64,000 bases of DNA from NCBI GenBank assembly GCA_951406725.2, contig OX597818.1, positions 74,772,001 to 74,836,000 on the forward strand, written 5' to 3'. The stretch comes from Octopus vulgaris (Eukaryota). The notes below the pieces were generated by a model. That model searched no databases and was not told where the DNA came from. It saw only the letters and a program-made list of their open reading frames with translations. Position numbers and translations under genes: made by a program. Shown in pieces: positions 53,485 through 64,000 of this stretch (positions are counted from its first letter, which is position 1; every line of letters begins with the position of its first letter).

Positions 53485-55319
53485 ACAGATATATTTGTGT
53501 TTATGCATATGTATGTGTGCATTTATATATGTAGGGTGGATGGGGGGTAATGTGAGTGTAAGTATTTATTCATATATCTATGTCTCTGAAGAGAAATATC
53601 TCCAGAAGTTATCACACTATTTCGATAAAAAATATCAAATCGAGTAACGAGTACCATAGAAGCAGCCGCTTCAGTCTATTTACTGGACACCACTTCCATG
53701 AGACCTGAGTGAAATAACTGAAACCAACAAAAGTTTTTAAAAATTCATTATTTTTCCCCTTAAAAGTGTTGTCCAATAAGTAATAACTTTGTTTCAGCCA
53801 ATCGTCGAAACAAAGACCAAATTCTTGCATTTCACTTCATATTTCATGCAGTTTTGTTTTGACATTTTGTTCCGTGTTAATTTTAGCGTAATATTATATT
53901 TTATGTTGTTTAATCTCGAGATGGTCATTACAGCAATGATAAACACATGCACTGGTTCTTTTTCCTTCTTTATTTGTTTCCCAGTTGATTAACTCTTTTA
54001 CATATTAGCTGATCAATTGTTTGAATAATCCTTGCGTTTATCAGTAAGTTAGTTAAAGTCGTTTCGTCGAAAAATCGACATCATTAGTGACATGTCCTCT
54101 CTATTCCAGGACTGTTTAATTTTTGTCTCGACGAATAGCTCATAAAGAATTGAAGTAGATCCAGTGCGTGTATTTTTCATTGGCATAACAACACTCCTGA
54201 GATACAGCAAAATATTGTTCAACACTATAAAGAATCATGCAAGCCAAATGCCGAAAAGAAATTTTCTCCATTTTAGCCCAACCTAAACACGGATTTTCTG
54301 TTAGAACACTCTATACTGCGCTAGTTACCAGGAGAGGACCACTCATATTGGCTTTTGGTGTAAAATGCACTTTTTATTATATCGATAACGGAGAAATAAT
54401 TTCAAGTCAATTTCAGCGCTAAGACTAGCATTAATACTGCTTCTGTCGCTAAGTATATTCTCTATTTTGAGTTTTATCGAAAATGTATTTTGTCTTAAGT
54501 TTCATCTCAAGTAGATCCAAGTTTTATTTATTTCCTTTCCTAGTCGCAGCATTTACCTGTCATTATTTTTCCCGCTTTTTTGGGGGAATGGGGTTACGCC
54601 TAAACATTAAATACCTAACAACAGTAACCAAGGTATGTCTATGCTGCTTTGTTCGTTTTGTTGGATCTCTCACAGCAGTATTATTTTATTGTTTACGACT
54701 ATTTCGCATATACGCGCACGACAGTCACATATTGAATGATATATAAATACACCATGCCGGAATGATAGACGAGATCTTCAGGAGTGAAACACATGTCCGT
54801 AAATTTGCTAAATAGGAAATTACCTGAGGTCAAAGAACTATAACTACTGACAAATACTGATCTTCTTATACTCAGTTTAAACTCACGACACATACACACA
54901 CACACACACAAGTACACTCATACACACACATACACACAAACACACACACACACGACGATTTCTTACAGAGTAATACGCAAACACACAAACAAAACTAAAC
55001 AATTACAGATATATGCGTGTTTATGCATATGTATGTGTGTATATTTATATATGTAAGGTGGATGGGGGGTAATGTGAGTGTAAGTATTTATTCATGTATC
55101 TATGTCTCTGTAGAGAAATATCTCCAGAAGTTATCACACTATTTCGATAAAAAATATCAAATCGAATAACGAGTACCATGGAAGCATCCGCTTCAATATA
55201 TTTACTGGACACCACTTCCATATGAACTGAGTGAAATCACTGAAACAAACAAAAGTGTGAAAAAATTCGTTATTTTTCTCCTTAAAAGCGTTGTCCAATA
55301 AGTACTTACTTTGTTTCAG
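53485..55319. repeat. ~313-bp diverged direct repeat (53485..53797 and 55005..55319) flanking a possible minus-strand PLE RT relic
   Basis: The repeat is seen directly; 'DFST' and 'LLDNTF' remnants on the minus strand are weak. Confidence 0.65.
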
Positions 55320-55839
55320 GCGACAGACATATGCGTATATTGTGTCGAGCTGCAAGTACACTTACTATTATTCTAGAAGCACATTTTTGTTGTTACCCGA
55401 GTACCTATGTACTTTGAGTTTTTCCCTCAAATACATATCCACTTCTATAATCCCACTGTATTTTTTGTGATTTTTACTGGCCGACAAGTACATATGAACT
55501 AGTGAGGTTCCACAACTGTGTATAAAGCAACAAATATACATTATATTTGTAATCTGTTCCTGGTACCAAAATGTTATCGCTCCTTGTTTTACATGGTCTC
55601 TCTCTGGAAAGTAGCGGCCAGATACTTTTAGTACTTATCAGAAATTAATACATATATGTTTCTAAAAACATTTCCTCCTCTCCTCAAAACGAAAAAGATG
55701 TAGTGAATATCTCAATGCACTATGTCAGAATAAAAGACGAGATGTTTACGGTTGAAGCAATTTTGTCCGTATGTTTGTAAAATAAGAAATATCTTTGGGC
55801 TAAACAACTATAAATATTGGCAATATTAATATTCTTTTA

Positions 55840-56040
55840 TGGCAACGAACTAGCAGAATCGTTAGCACGCCGGGCAAAATGTTTAGCGGAATTTCTTCCG
55901 TCTTCGCGTTCCGAGTTCAATTTTCACCTTTTATCATTTCGGGGTCGCTAAAATAAGTATCAGTTGAACATTGGGATGAATGTAATCCACTTATCGCCAC
56001 CTCCATATCTGCGTGCCTTGAGCCAAACTTTGAAACCAAT
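55840..56040 (+). mobile_element. SINE (family of 18363)
   Basis: ggcaacgaactagcagaatcgttagc...gagttcaa...tttcggggtcgctaaaataagta. Confidence 0.7.
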
Positions 56041-56882
56041 ATTAATCTCCTTATTCTCATCTAAATCTATTCTGGGTTCACCCGTAATTTTGTAACATTG
56101 GGATCCAATCTAAAGTGGGATCAAATGTAGATTTGAACACAGAAGAGAGAACGAAATTTTGTTCCCTTCGAATCATTTAATTGAGGACGTCGTGAGATGC
56201 TACCACCATTTATCTCTCCACAACCACAGTTGCATAAGTATTAAAATGTATTTAATATCCACATAATACTAAACGGTGGCGACGAATATTAAGTAATAAT
56301 GAATGCTGCGACGATTATTGAGAAATAATAGAGGCTACTATTTAATATCAGAGAATTCAATTGACCGATACTTAAGTTTATCAATGTAAGAGATAATTTC
56401 CTTTAGATTATAAACGAGACAAATGTGCTAGGGCCTGGAATAAATCAGCTGAAATTCAATTAATTGCCTACTCCATATGGCTACAGGGCATCGAGCAACA
56501 TCTATTTAATTGCTACATTTGAACAACACACTTTCCCTCGCTTCCGTTATATTGATTTCAAAACGCTTCTCTGCCAATTCATCCTCTCTCTTTCTCTCTC
56601 TCCCTCTTCATCTCTCACCTCCTCTCTCTCTCTCTTTCTCTCTCATCCCTATTCGCCTAACTTCCGTTCTCTTCCACCCACTATACATATTAATCATGTG
56701 TGTGTGAGAGTGTGTGTGTATATGTGTATATGTGTGTGCGTGTGTGTATGCATGTGTCTTCGTGAATGTGTGCGAATGTGTAATGTTCTCAGACACTTTC
56801 TGATGCTTCCTTTTATTCTTGTCTACGTCAACCACTCCCCGCACATTCTCACATACACCTCTATATAACTCCTTTGCTTCTA

Positions 56883-57340
56883 CGAGTAGGTACCCAAAAG
56901 TAATAGGAAATGTTCTGTGTGGAACAAACGCGTTGTAGTTCGTGCTTCCGCCGCCAGAAGCCACTTGATGCAACCCCCAGGCATCTGTCTGTCGACCGGC
57001 GTCGTCCTGTTTAGTTCTACTGCCACATGGCGCGCCTCTGTTTTGCAGTGTCTCTCCCATGAATGCTTGTCGGGAACTGAAAGAACAGTTGGAAGTTGAT
57101 CTGGACTTTTTTCGAAGGTCATCACTAGTGACGAAACCTGGTGCTACGGAATTTGTTGATGTAAAAAAAAAAAACGACAGAGGCGTTAAAAGGCATCATT
57201 TCGCAAGGGTTCCAGGATTGCTTCGAACTGACGCATTGCTTCAAAGGGAGAATGCATTGAAGGCGATAAAAATGTAAACGTAAAAGTAAGTGAATAAAAT
57301 AATATTGCAAAATTCCGGATTCTTTTGGGTAAACACCTCG
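56883..57340 (+). mobile_element. Mariner deletion derivative
   Basis: Imperfect TIRs cgag..acccaaaagtaa / ttcttttgggtaaacacctcg; internal VITSDETWCY. Confidence 0.75.
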
Positions 57341-57579
57341 CGTCTTCCTTTTCCCTCTACACTCTCGATAGCTTATTGACCTATACATATGTGTGTGCAC
57401 GTGTGTGTGTGTGTGAATGTATGTGTGAACGTGTGTGTGAGCGTGCGCACGTGCGTGTGTGTATACGTGTGTGTGTGTGTTAGTGTGTGAGTTAGTGTGT
57501 GAGTGTGTATGTATATTCCTATTTACATATATATATTATACCTTTACGTACCATTTAGTCGAGATTGCTCGATGTATAT

Positions 57580-57626
<47 letters not shown>

Positions 57627-58698
57627 GATATACCATGATGTACTGGTGATCTGATGAGCTAGCGTTCTTTACCTGCATTGATTTGTGAATATAAAATTGT
57701 ATTGATTACTGTGTAGCATGTATATTAGTACACGGAGAATACATATATAATCTTAGCGGTGTTAAGTGGTTAAATAGCCGTGCCCTACTCTCATACCTCC
57801 TGCCTATTTGTGGTTCATGTACTGATCATGAAATAATTTCATTTATTGCATCCTCTGGTTCTCATGGAAATCTTCAGAATACGCCTCTGTGTTTCATACA
57901 TACACAAACAGCCGTGTCACCTCCCTCAATAATATTGTTGCAAAACCTGATAGTTAACATTCGCAACAGAATATCTAACCTTTCTTCTTCTAAAGATATT
58001 TTGATAGGGCAGCCCTTTACTACAACAAAGTCCCAGCCAACAATAGCTTTAACGATTAATTATTTTACAACCCTTCTACTAATGATACGAATCATAATAA
58101 TTGACCTGCAAATAGACCTTGGAGAATAATTAGGTTCATTCACCCATTCTTTTCTATAAATTATAAAACTAGCATAAAGAAAAGATACCCATCTTTCTTA
58201 GATAAACAGTTTGCTGTAAATCAATTGTGCAAAAATTATTCAACAGACGCTTAATTAAATTATCATATACCGACAGCCTCGATATGAAGAGCATAGTTCC
58301 ACTGAGACACCACCAAGTATCTACTCCCAGTTATAAATGTAAAGACGCCGGAAAATGCCCACTCGACCAGGGGTGCATGATAAAATCCGTCATATATGAG
58401 GCAAAAGTTATAGATCCTCAAGCGGGCTCTGTTAACAGACCACATTGTAGTCTAACACAGAGACGTATTCTGAAGATTCCCATGAGAACCAGAGGATGCA
58501 ATAAATGAAATCATTTCATTATCAGTACATGAACCACAAATAGGCAGGAGGTATGAGAGTAAGGCACAGCTATTTATATATGTATTCTCCGTGTACTAAT
58601 ATACATGCTACGCAGTAATCAATACAATTTTATATTCACAAATCAATGCAGGTAAAGAACGCTAGCTCATCAGATCACCAGTACATCTTGGTTACATC
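57627..58698 (+). mobile_element. Degenerate Naiad-like PLE fragment with an inverted tail (arms 57627..57893 and 58454..58698)
   Basis: PPSI..NL..NIRNRISNLSS, IKLSY, CKDAGKCPLDQGC..KSVIYEAKV; arms are reverse-complementary. Confidence 0.82.
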
Positions 58699-58789
58699 TT
58701 TGATTAAAGGGAGAAATTGGAAATATCTTTTTTTATGCCCAGCTGACATAATTTACAACATTAAATGGTACAAACCGAATATGAGAAAC

Positions 58790-61245
58790 CAAAGATAATT
58801 TATTTATCCAAACAGAGCTCTTTCAGTACAAGAAATTAATTGTTTCTTAAAAGGCCTAAGATTTAATCTAACACCACAATGCGCTGTCTCAAATTAAATA
58901 CAGCACATTTCACAGTTCTGTAGCATAATAGAGAAATCATTTGAGAATAAAAACAGTGACAAATCAATTGTCAGAAACAAAAGTATTACAGGCCTACATC
59001 TAATGCCTAAAGCGTTAGATGAAATTTGTGACTTAATATCCAGCTTCACATACAATGAACCTCTACACCCTCAACTCAAACCCAATACTAGATACAAAGA
59101 ATGGGAATTTATACATAAACTCAAAAAGCAATTACGGCATTATAAATAGAGAATCAGGAAAAGGAAGAATTGTAATTATTAAGGATGTTGAACACTACAA
59201 AAGTGCTATAATGTCTTTACTATAAGATATGGCCTATTACGAAATGGTAAAGGTTTACCAATAATAAATGACGATGACCAAACTGAACATCCTCAATCAC
59301 CGACATCAAACTGGTTTAACTAAAAACAATGAATATGACTACAAGCTCATTTTGAATGGAAAACAAGATACTTCTTCGGTCTCCCCCAGATCCACCTGAA
59401 GAAAAGTATTAGGGGTGCTTGTAAAGAATCAACTTCATCCCAACGATCATAACTTTATGCCAATTGTAGCAGATCAGAACTTCGAAACGCACAGACTCGG
59501 TAATTTTACAGATATACTATTGATTGAAGCCTACTTTAAAATACATACCAAGTTTTGTGAGAAAGAACATGTATCATTTAAAGCGCTTCCTCAAAACCAT
59601 CAATAAATATATTAATGTTGCACCAATTGATATTGTAAACGACTATACCACGACACCATACTAATATGAAGTAGAAGCAATATGATTCTGGCTCGGAAAA
59701 TTCGCTATGGCATACATGGAGGTCCAGATATAAGAACGATCTAATGTAAGACATAGCGTGGACTGGCATAAATATTTACTAGATAACTGCTTGATTCTGT
59801 GAACGCACACATTTGGACAGATTACTGATTTCAAAAACCTACTTAACAGCATGAACAATAGTGTTAACTATACCAGGGAATACAATTCTAATCATCAGCC
59901 AAACACAAATACTCAAACGTATATTCACTACAAACCAACAGATTCTAAACCATATTTGCTCTTCTCTTCATGCTATCCCAAACAGACGAAGACTAACATT
60001 TCATTTAATCTAGAATGGAGAATCTGCACAGTTGTTTCAAACTATGGATTTCGTTATAAAAGACTCCCTGGATGAAAAGAAATGCTATTTGCCTGACAAT
60101 ATCCATCAATATTCATAGAGAACGGAATAGAATGTGCCAAAGTAATAGATATTCGCGAATTGTGTAAACCAATAAACACTTCAGGTACTCCCAAAACTCT
60201 ACCCGTTATTACAATATACGACCCAATAAAGTGTAGAGGTTTACAACGTTACCGCCAGATCATTCCACTACGGAGTCAAGATCCACGAATGAAACAAGAA
60301 CTCGAAATACACAAAATATTCAGAAGAAAACGGTAATCGAAATCACTCAAAAAAACTACTCACCAGTACTTAATAACCCTTCTCAAACTATGCAACAGGT
60401 GTCAAAATGTGTGACAATTCATTGCCAACAAATACAAGACCGCATAGCTAAACAGATCCGACTGATTGGACCATAGGCATTGTAACTTTACCAATCTAGG
60501 CCTTGTAACTTTACCAATATTCAACCAATACTAGAGATTAAACAGAATAAGTCAAGAAAATATATTCATACAAACCACAAATCATGACTGAGTAATGGAC
60601 ATTCACTCACAACTACTCACACACACATTCTTCTACTTCACAAGATTTGTAACATGCCGGCTTTAAATTTCGGATACTTTTCTTGCCTAGACTTATATAT
60701 TCCAAATTTCCCCATTTTAACTTTATTTTTCAAACAATACCACAATTCAAGCATGAATATTTTCACACAAAAATACAAACCTCGACTGAAACGATATCGA
60801 CAAGCCACACAAATACTAACTCACGGACAATACAGTAGGACTAACAAAATTTAATGACTACATACAAACGATTCCTGTCCATTCTAACACTCAGATTAAA
60901 TTTATATAATCTTGACACTGTCACAAAGCAGAAGCACTCAACCGTGTCACTCTTAACTTTCGGCACGAAAAGTATTGTCATGTGACAATAATGCGAGGAT
61001 GAAGCGGGAAGTTACAAAAATTTCTAAGCCTAATCATGTGACTATCCTCTACCAAATTTTATCCCAAACATATACTAACTAGAGCTATGGTCTCTCCACA
61101 GAACAAAATAATTTTCGAAATCCAAAAAGAAGCAAGACAGCTACGGCATAGACCCAATTCTTTCTATCTTACTTAGACGCTAAAAATCAGAAAATTCAGT
61201 GAAACCGGTTAAGCCTTTATGAATAAACCATTGAAAGGCACTCCC
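58790..61245 (+). mobile_element. Degenerate Penelope-like element (RT to GIY-YIG end plus tail), related to 320..1036
   Basis: LKGLRFNLTP, FFGLPQIH, PIVA..THRL..FTDILL, YKPTDSKPYLLFSSCYP..TKTNI.FNL..RICT.VS, LPVITIYDP, FTQKYKPRL; many stops. Confidence 0.85.
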
Positions 61246-61307
<62 letters not shown>

Positions 61308-61317
61308 AGCTTTACAT

Positions 61318-61403
61318 AGATCGATGTATGTTTCAGCTGCATAGATTAGTAACCGTTGCAATTGCAACCCTACTATAATATCGGTACAGTTTCTTCAGGA
61401 TCT
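61318..61403 (-). ncRNA. Type I hammerhead ribozyme with decayed stem III
   Basis: Reverse complement: agatc-CTGAAGA-aactgta...tgcagct-GAAA-cataca-TC-gatct; perfect stem I. Confidence 0.7.
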
Positions 61404-61446
61404 TTACTTTATTATCCTTCGATTTAACTTTTTAAGATTTTCATTA

Positions 61447-62255
61447 ATTGATTTATTTAATCATTAATGGTGAAACATCGGAGTGTAGAATTAACTGATA
61501 TTTCAATTCTTTCAAATTGTCCTGCTCGCTTGCAATCATAGCGGTCTAAGTAAGAATGTTCTTCCGTGGTTCGGGAATTTGAGTCCCTTTTTAGCATGTA
61601 AAAAGACCACATAATGGTCTTCTCTCCGTATAAAATTTTATACATTCATATATATTGTAAAAATACGTCTACTGACACATCTTTACGCATGATAACCACT
61701 GGTATAAATTATTCTTTTTTTAAATTATGTATACCCTTTATATTTTTATTTTTGAATATTTTAATTCTTGAGTCAGATAATTCACTGTTGAACTTATATT
61801 CACTGCTGCATTAAACTGACTCGGCACGATGATTGAGATCAGTTGATTTGAATTCTTGATATGTAACAATGAAACTGTACGTGTTTTACCTTATGTTCCG
61901 GTACGTATTTGCGTTTTATATTAACATGCCCCAGCGATTCTACTGAAGATCCACGAATGGTTAATTCATGAATTGATTAATTAATTGCTTTATTTGATCA
62001 TTAATGGAGAAAATTAGGATTACAGGATTAACTATTTTAATTCTTTCAAATTGTCCTGCTCGCTTACAAACAAAGTGTGCGAAATAAGAACGTCTTTTCG
62101 TGGTTTGGGAATTTACCTACACTTTTAAGCATGTAAGAAGACCACGTAGTGGTCTTCTCTCCGTTTATAAAATTTTATACATTCATATATATTGTAAAAA
62201 TGCTTGTGTCTACTGATATTTTTTTACGCATGATAACCACTGGTATAAATTATTG
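61447..62255 (-). repeat. ~280-bp diverged direct repeat (about 61447..61713 and 61985..62255), pLTR-like
   Basis: The repeat is seen directly; minus-strand 'H.VFL...K.R.IPK' resembles a PLE ORF start. Confidence 0.65.
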
Positions 62256-63023
62256 TTTTTTAGATAATTTTTACCCTTAGGTAAAATTTTTATATATCTG
62301 TGTGACTCTCTCTTCCCCCCCTCTCTCTCTCTCTCTCCCTCTTGCATTCATTCTTTCCCCCTTTTCTTTGCCTCACACTCTCACTTCTATTCTAGCCTTT
62401 CTACTTACTTCCTTTCTCTCTCTCCATTTTGCATTCCTAACCTTTCTCCCTGCCCGTCATTCCTTTCCTCTTTTTCTCTGTCACTCCCCCTCCCTGCTGT
62501 CTTTCTCCTCCGCCTGCTGCTGCCACGTGACCAACGGTCAGTTCCCCCTTTTGTTCCTTTCTTACTAGTTGACTAGTCGTAAATTCCAACCGACCGTAGC
62601 TGACCAGTCGCAAATTCTCTATCCCTCCGTTCTCCATCCTTCCAGACATTTTCTAAGCATTACTCCCTATTTTCGTCTTCTTAGCTCCAATGCCGTCTTT
62701 TGATCAACTGTTCGTTCTCATCCACCGTCTTAAAACACACTCTGTGTCGTTTTGCTTATGTTTTCTTTTGTTTGCTCCTGTACCTAATTCTCCGCAGGAA
62801 AACCGAGTTTTTTTTGTTTTTTTTGCGGGCGCCGCCAATTCGAAAGCACTCAGTCTTATCATTAAAGGTACGAAACTGAATATTACCAATTGGTCAATAA
62901 CTGATGAAGAATTACGGACCTTCTGTTTGTCTCCCGTTCGTTTTTACATTTAGTATATTTTACGTTGTTTGTTTATACATTTTTCATTCATCAAGTAAAG
63001 GAACGCAACACACACTGAATTTG

Positions 63024-63099
<76 letters not shown>

Positions 63100-63147
63100 T
63101 AGATAGATAGATATGTATATATGTATATATACTTATCTATATATCTA

Positions 63148-63202
<55 letters not shown>

Positions 63203-63238
63203 ATGTATCTATACATATATATACGGTATGTAGACATA

Positions 63239-64000
63239 CAGGAGTTGGACAAAATAATGGAAACGCTTTAAAATTTCAAACAAATTTATTTTAATATGAG
63301 GTACGACCGCCTTTGGCAGTAATTACAGCTTGAATCCTATGAGGTATTCATACAAAGTTTGAATTGTTTCCAAGGGAATTTTTGTCTATTCTTCAGCTAA
63401 AACAGTCTCTAGTTCTTGTAGCGATGATCAACTCCTTACTTGTTTTTTCTAAAATGCACCACAAATGTTAAATAATATTGAGCTCTGGGGATTGTTGTGG
63501 CCAGATAAGATGTTCAACTTTACTAGAATATTCCTTGTGGCATTTCGTAACAATTATAGCTGTGTGAATTGGTGCATTATCATTCTGAAACATTGCGTTT
63601 CCCTGCGGAAACAGTTCTGCAATCATAAGATGCATTTGATCACATAAAATGCTTAAGTAGTTTTGACCATTAATTCTGCCATGAAGGGAAACCATTGGTT
63701 TGGCGAATTTCCAAGATATAGCCCACCAGATCATCACAGATCCTCCTCCAAGTTTAACAGTTGGAAGAAGGCAGTCTGGGTCAAATGCTTCTTTTGGCTG
63801 TCTCCATACGTATACTTACCCTGTTGTCGGAAATAAGGCAAAGAATGACTCGTCCGAGAAAATAACATTTTCCCACTACTCTAGGATCAATTCGGTAAGT
63901 TTTTACTCCACTCTAAACGCTTTGCAACGTTAGCTTTTGAAAGCAGTGGTTTTCTAATTGCAGCCCTCCAATGAAATCCGGCTTTGTGCAGCTCCTGACG
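63239..64000 (-). mobile_element. Tc1-family transposon, 3' half (DDE domain), runs off the window
   Basis: FSDES, MIWWAIS, FQNDNAPIH, WPQQSPELNII; TIR caggagttggacaaaataatggaaac after TA. Confidence 0.9.

Noticed and set aside
53580-53620. CTGAAGA...GAAG as an HHR
   Set aside because: Core and stems are inconsistent, and the duplicate copy reads CTGTAGA.
57645-58530. CTGATGA (57651) and CTGAAGA...GAAA (58469) in the PLE arms as HHRs
   Set aside because: No GAAA partner for the first; no credible stem I or III for the second.
61170-61220. GAAA-ccgg-TT in the tail of the degenerate PLE
   Set aside because: Probable HHR 3' half, but the 5' core cannot be recognised.
62895-62940. CTGATGA followed by a hairpin
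   Set aside because: No GAAA or NUH follows.

Overview
Repeat-saturated, AT-rich animal intergenic or intronic DNA. The SINE families and microsatellite load suggest a coleoid cephalopod such as Octopus, which is an inference and not verified. No host gene can be supported; most short ORFs in the track are microsatellite translations. The window is a mosaic of simple repeats and transposon relics: Penelope-like elements (PLEs; RT plus GIY-YIG, including two Naiad-like copies), two R4/Dong RLE LINEs, two Tx1-like LINE 3' ends, Tc1, maT and mariner elements, two hAT/Buster copies, a piggyBac relic, Helitron/Helentron pieces and tRNA-derived SINEs. The main hidden signal is RNA-level. About 12 type I hammerhead ribozyme (HHR) motifs from about 9 unrelated families can be folded by eye, plus several decayed ones. 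Nearly all have short palindromic stem III, and most sit in (TA)n-anchored fold-back (tail-to-tail inverted) inserts. They include all three Watson-Crick versions of the 3-8 core pair seen here (C3-G8, U3-A8, G3-C8) and an ORF-less 491-nt permuted, retrozyme-like unit. HHRs in PLE tails are an established phenomenon; the density, the core covariants and the insertion architectures are what merit follow-up. All folds are manual and untested.
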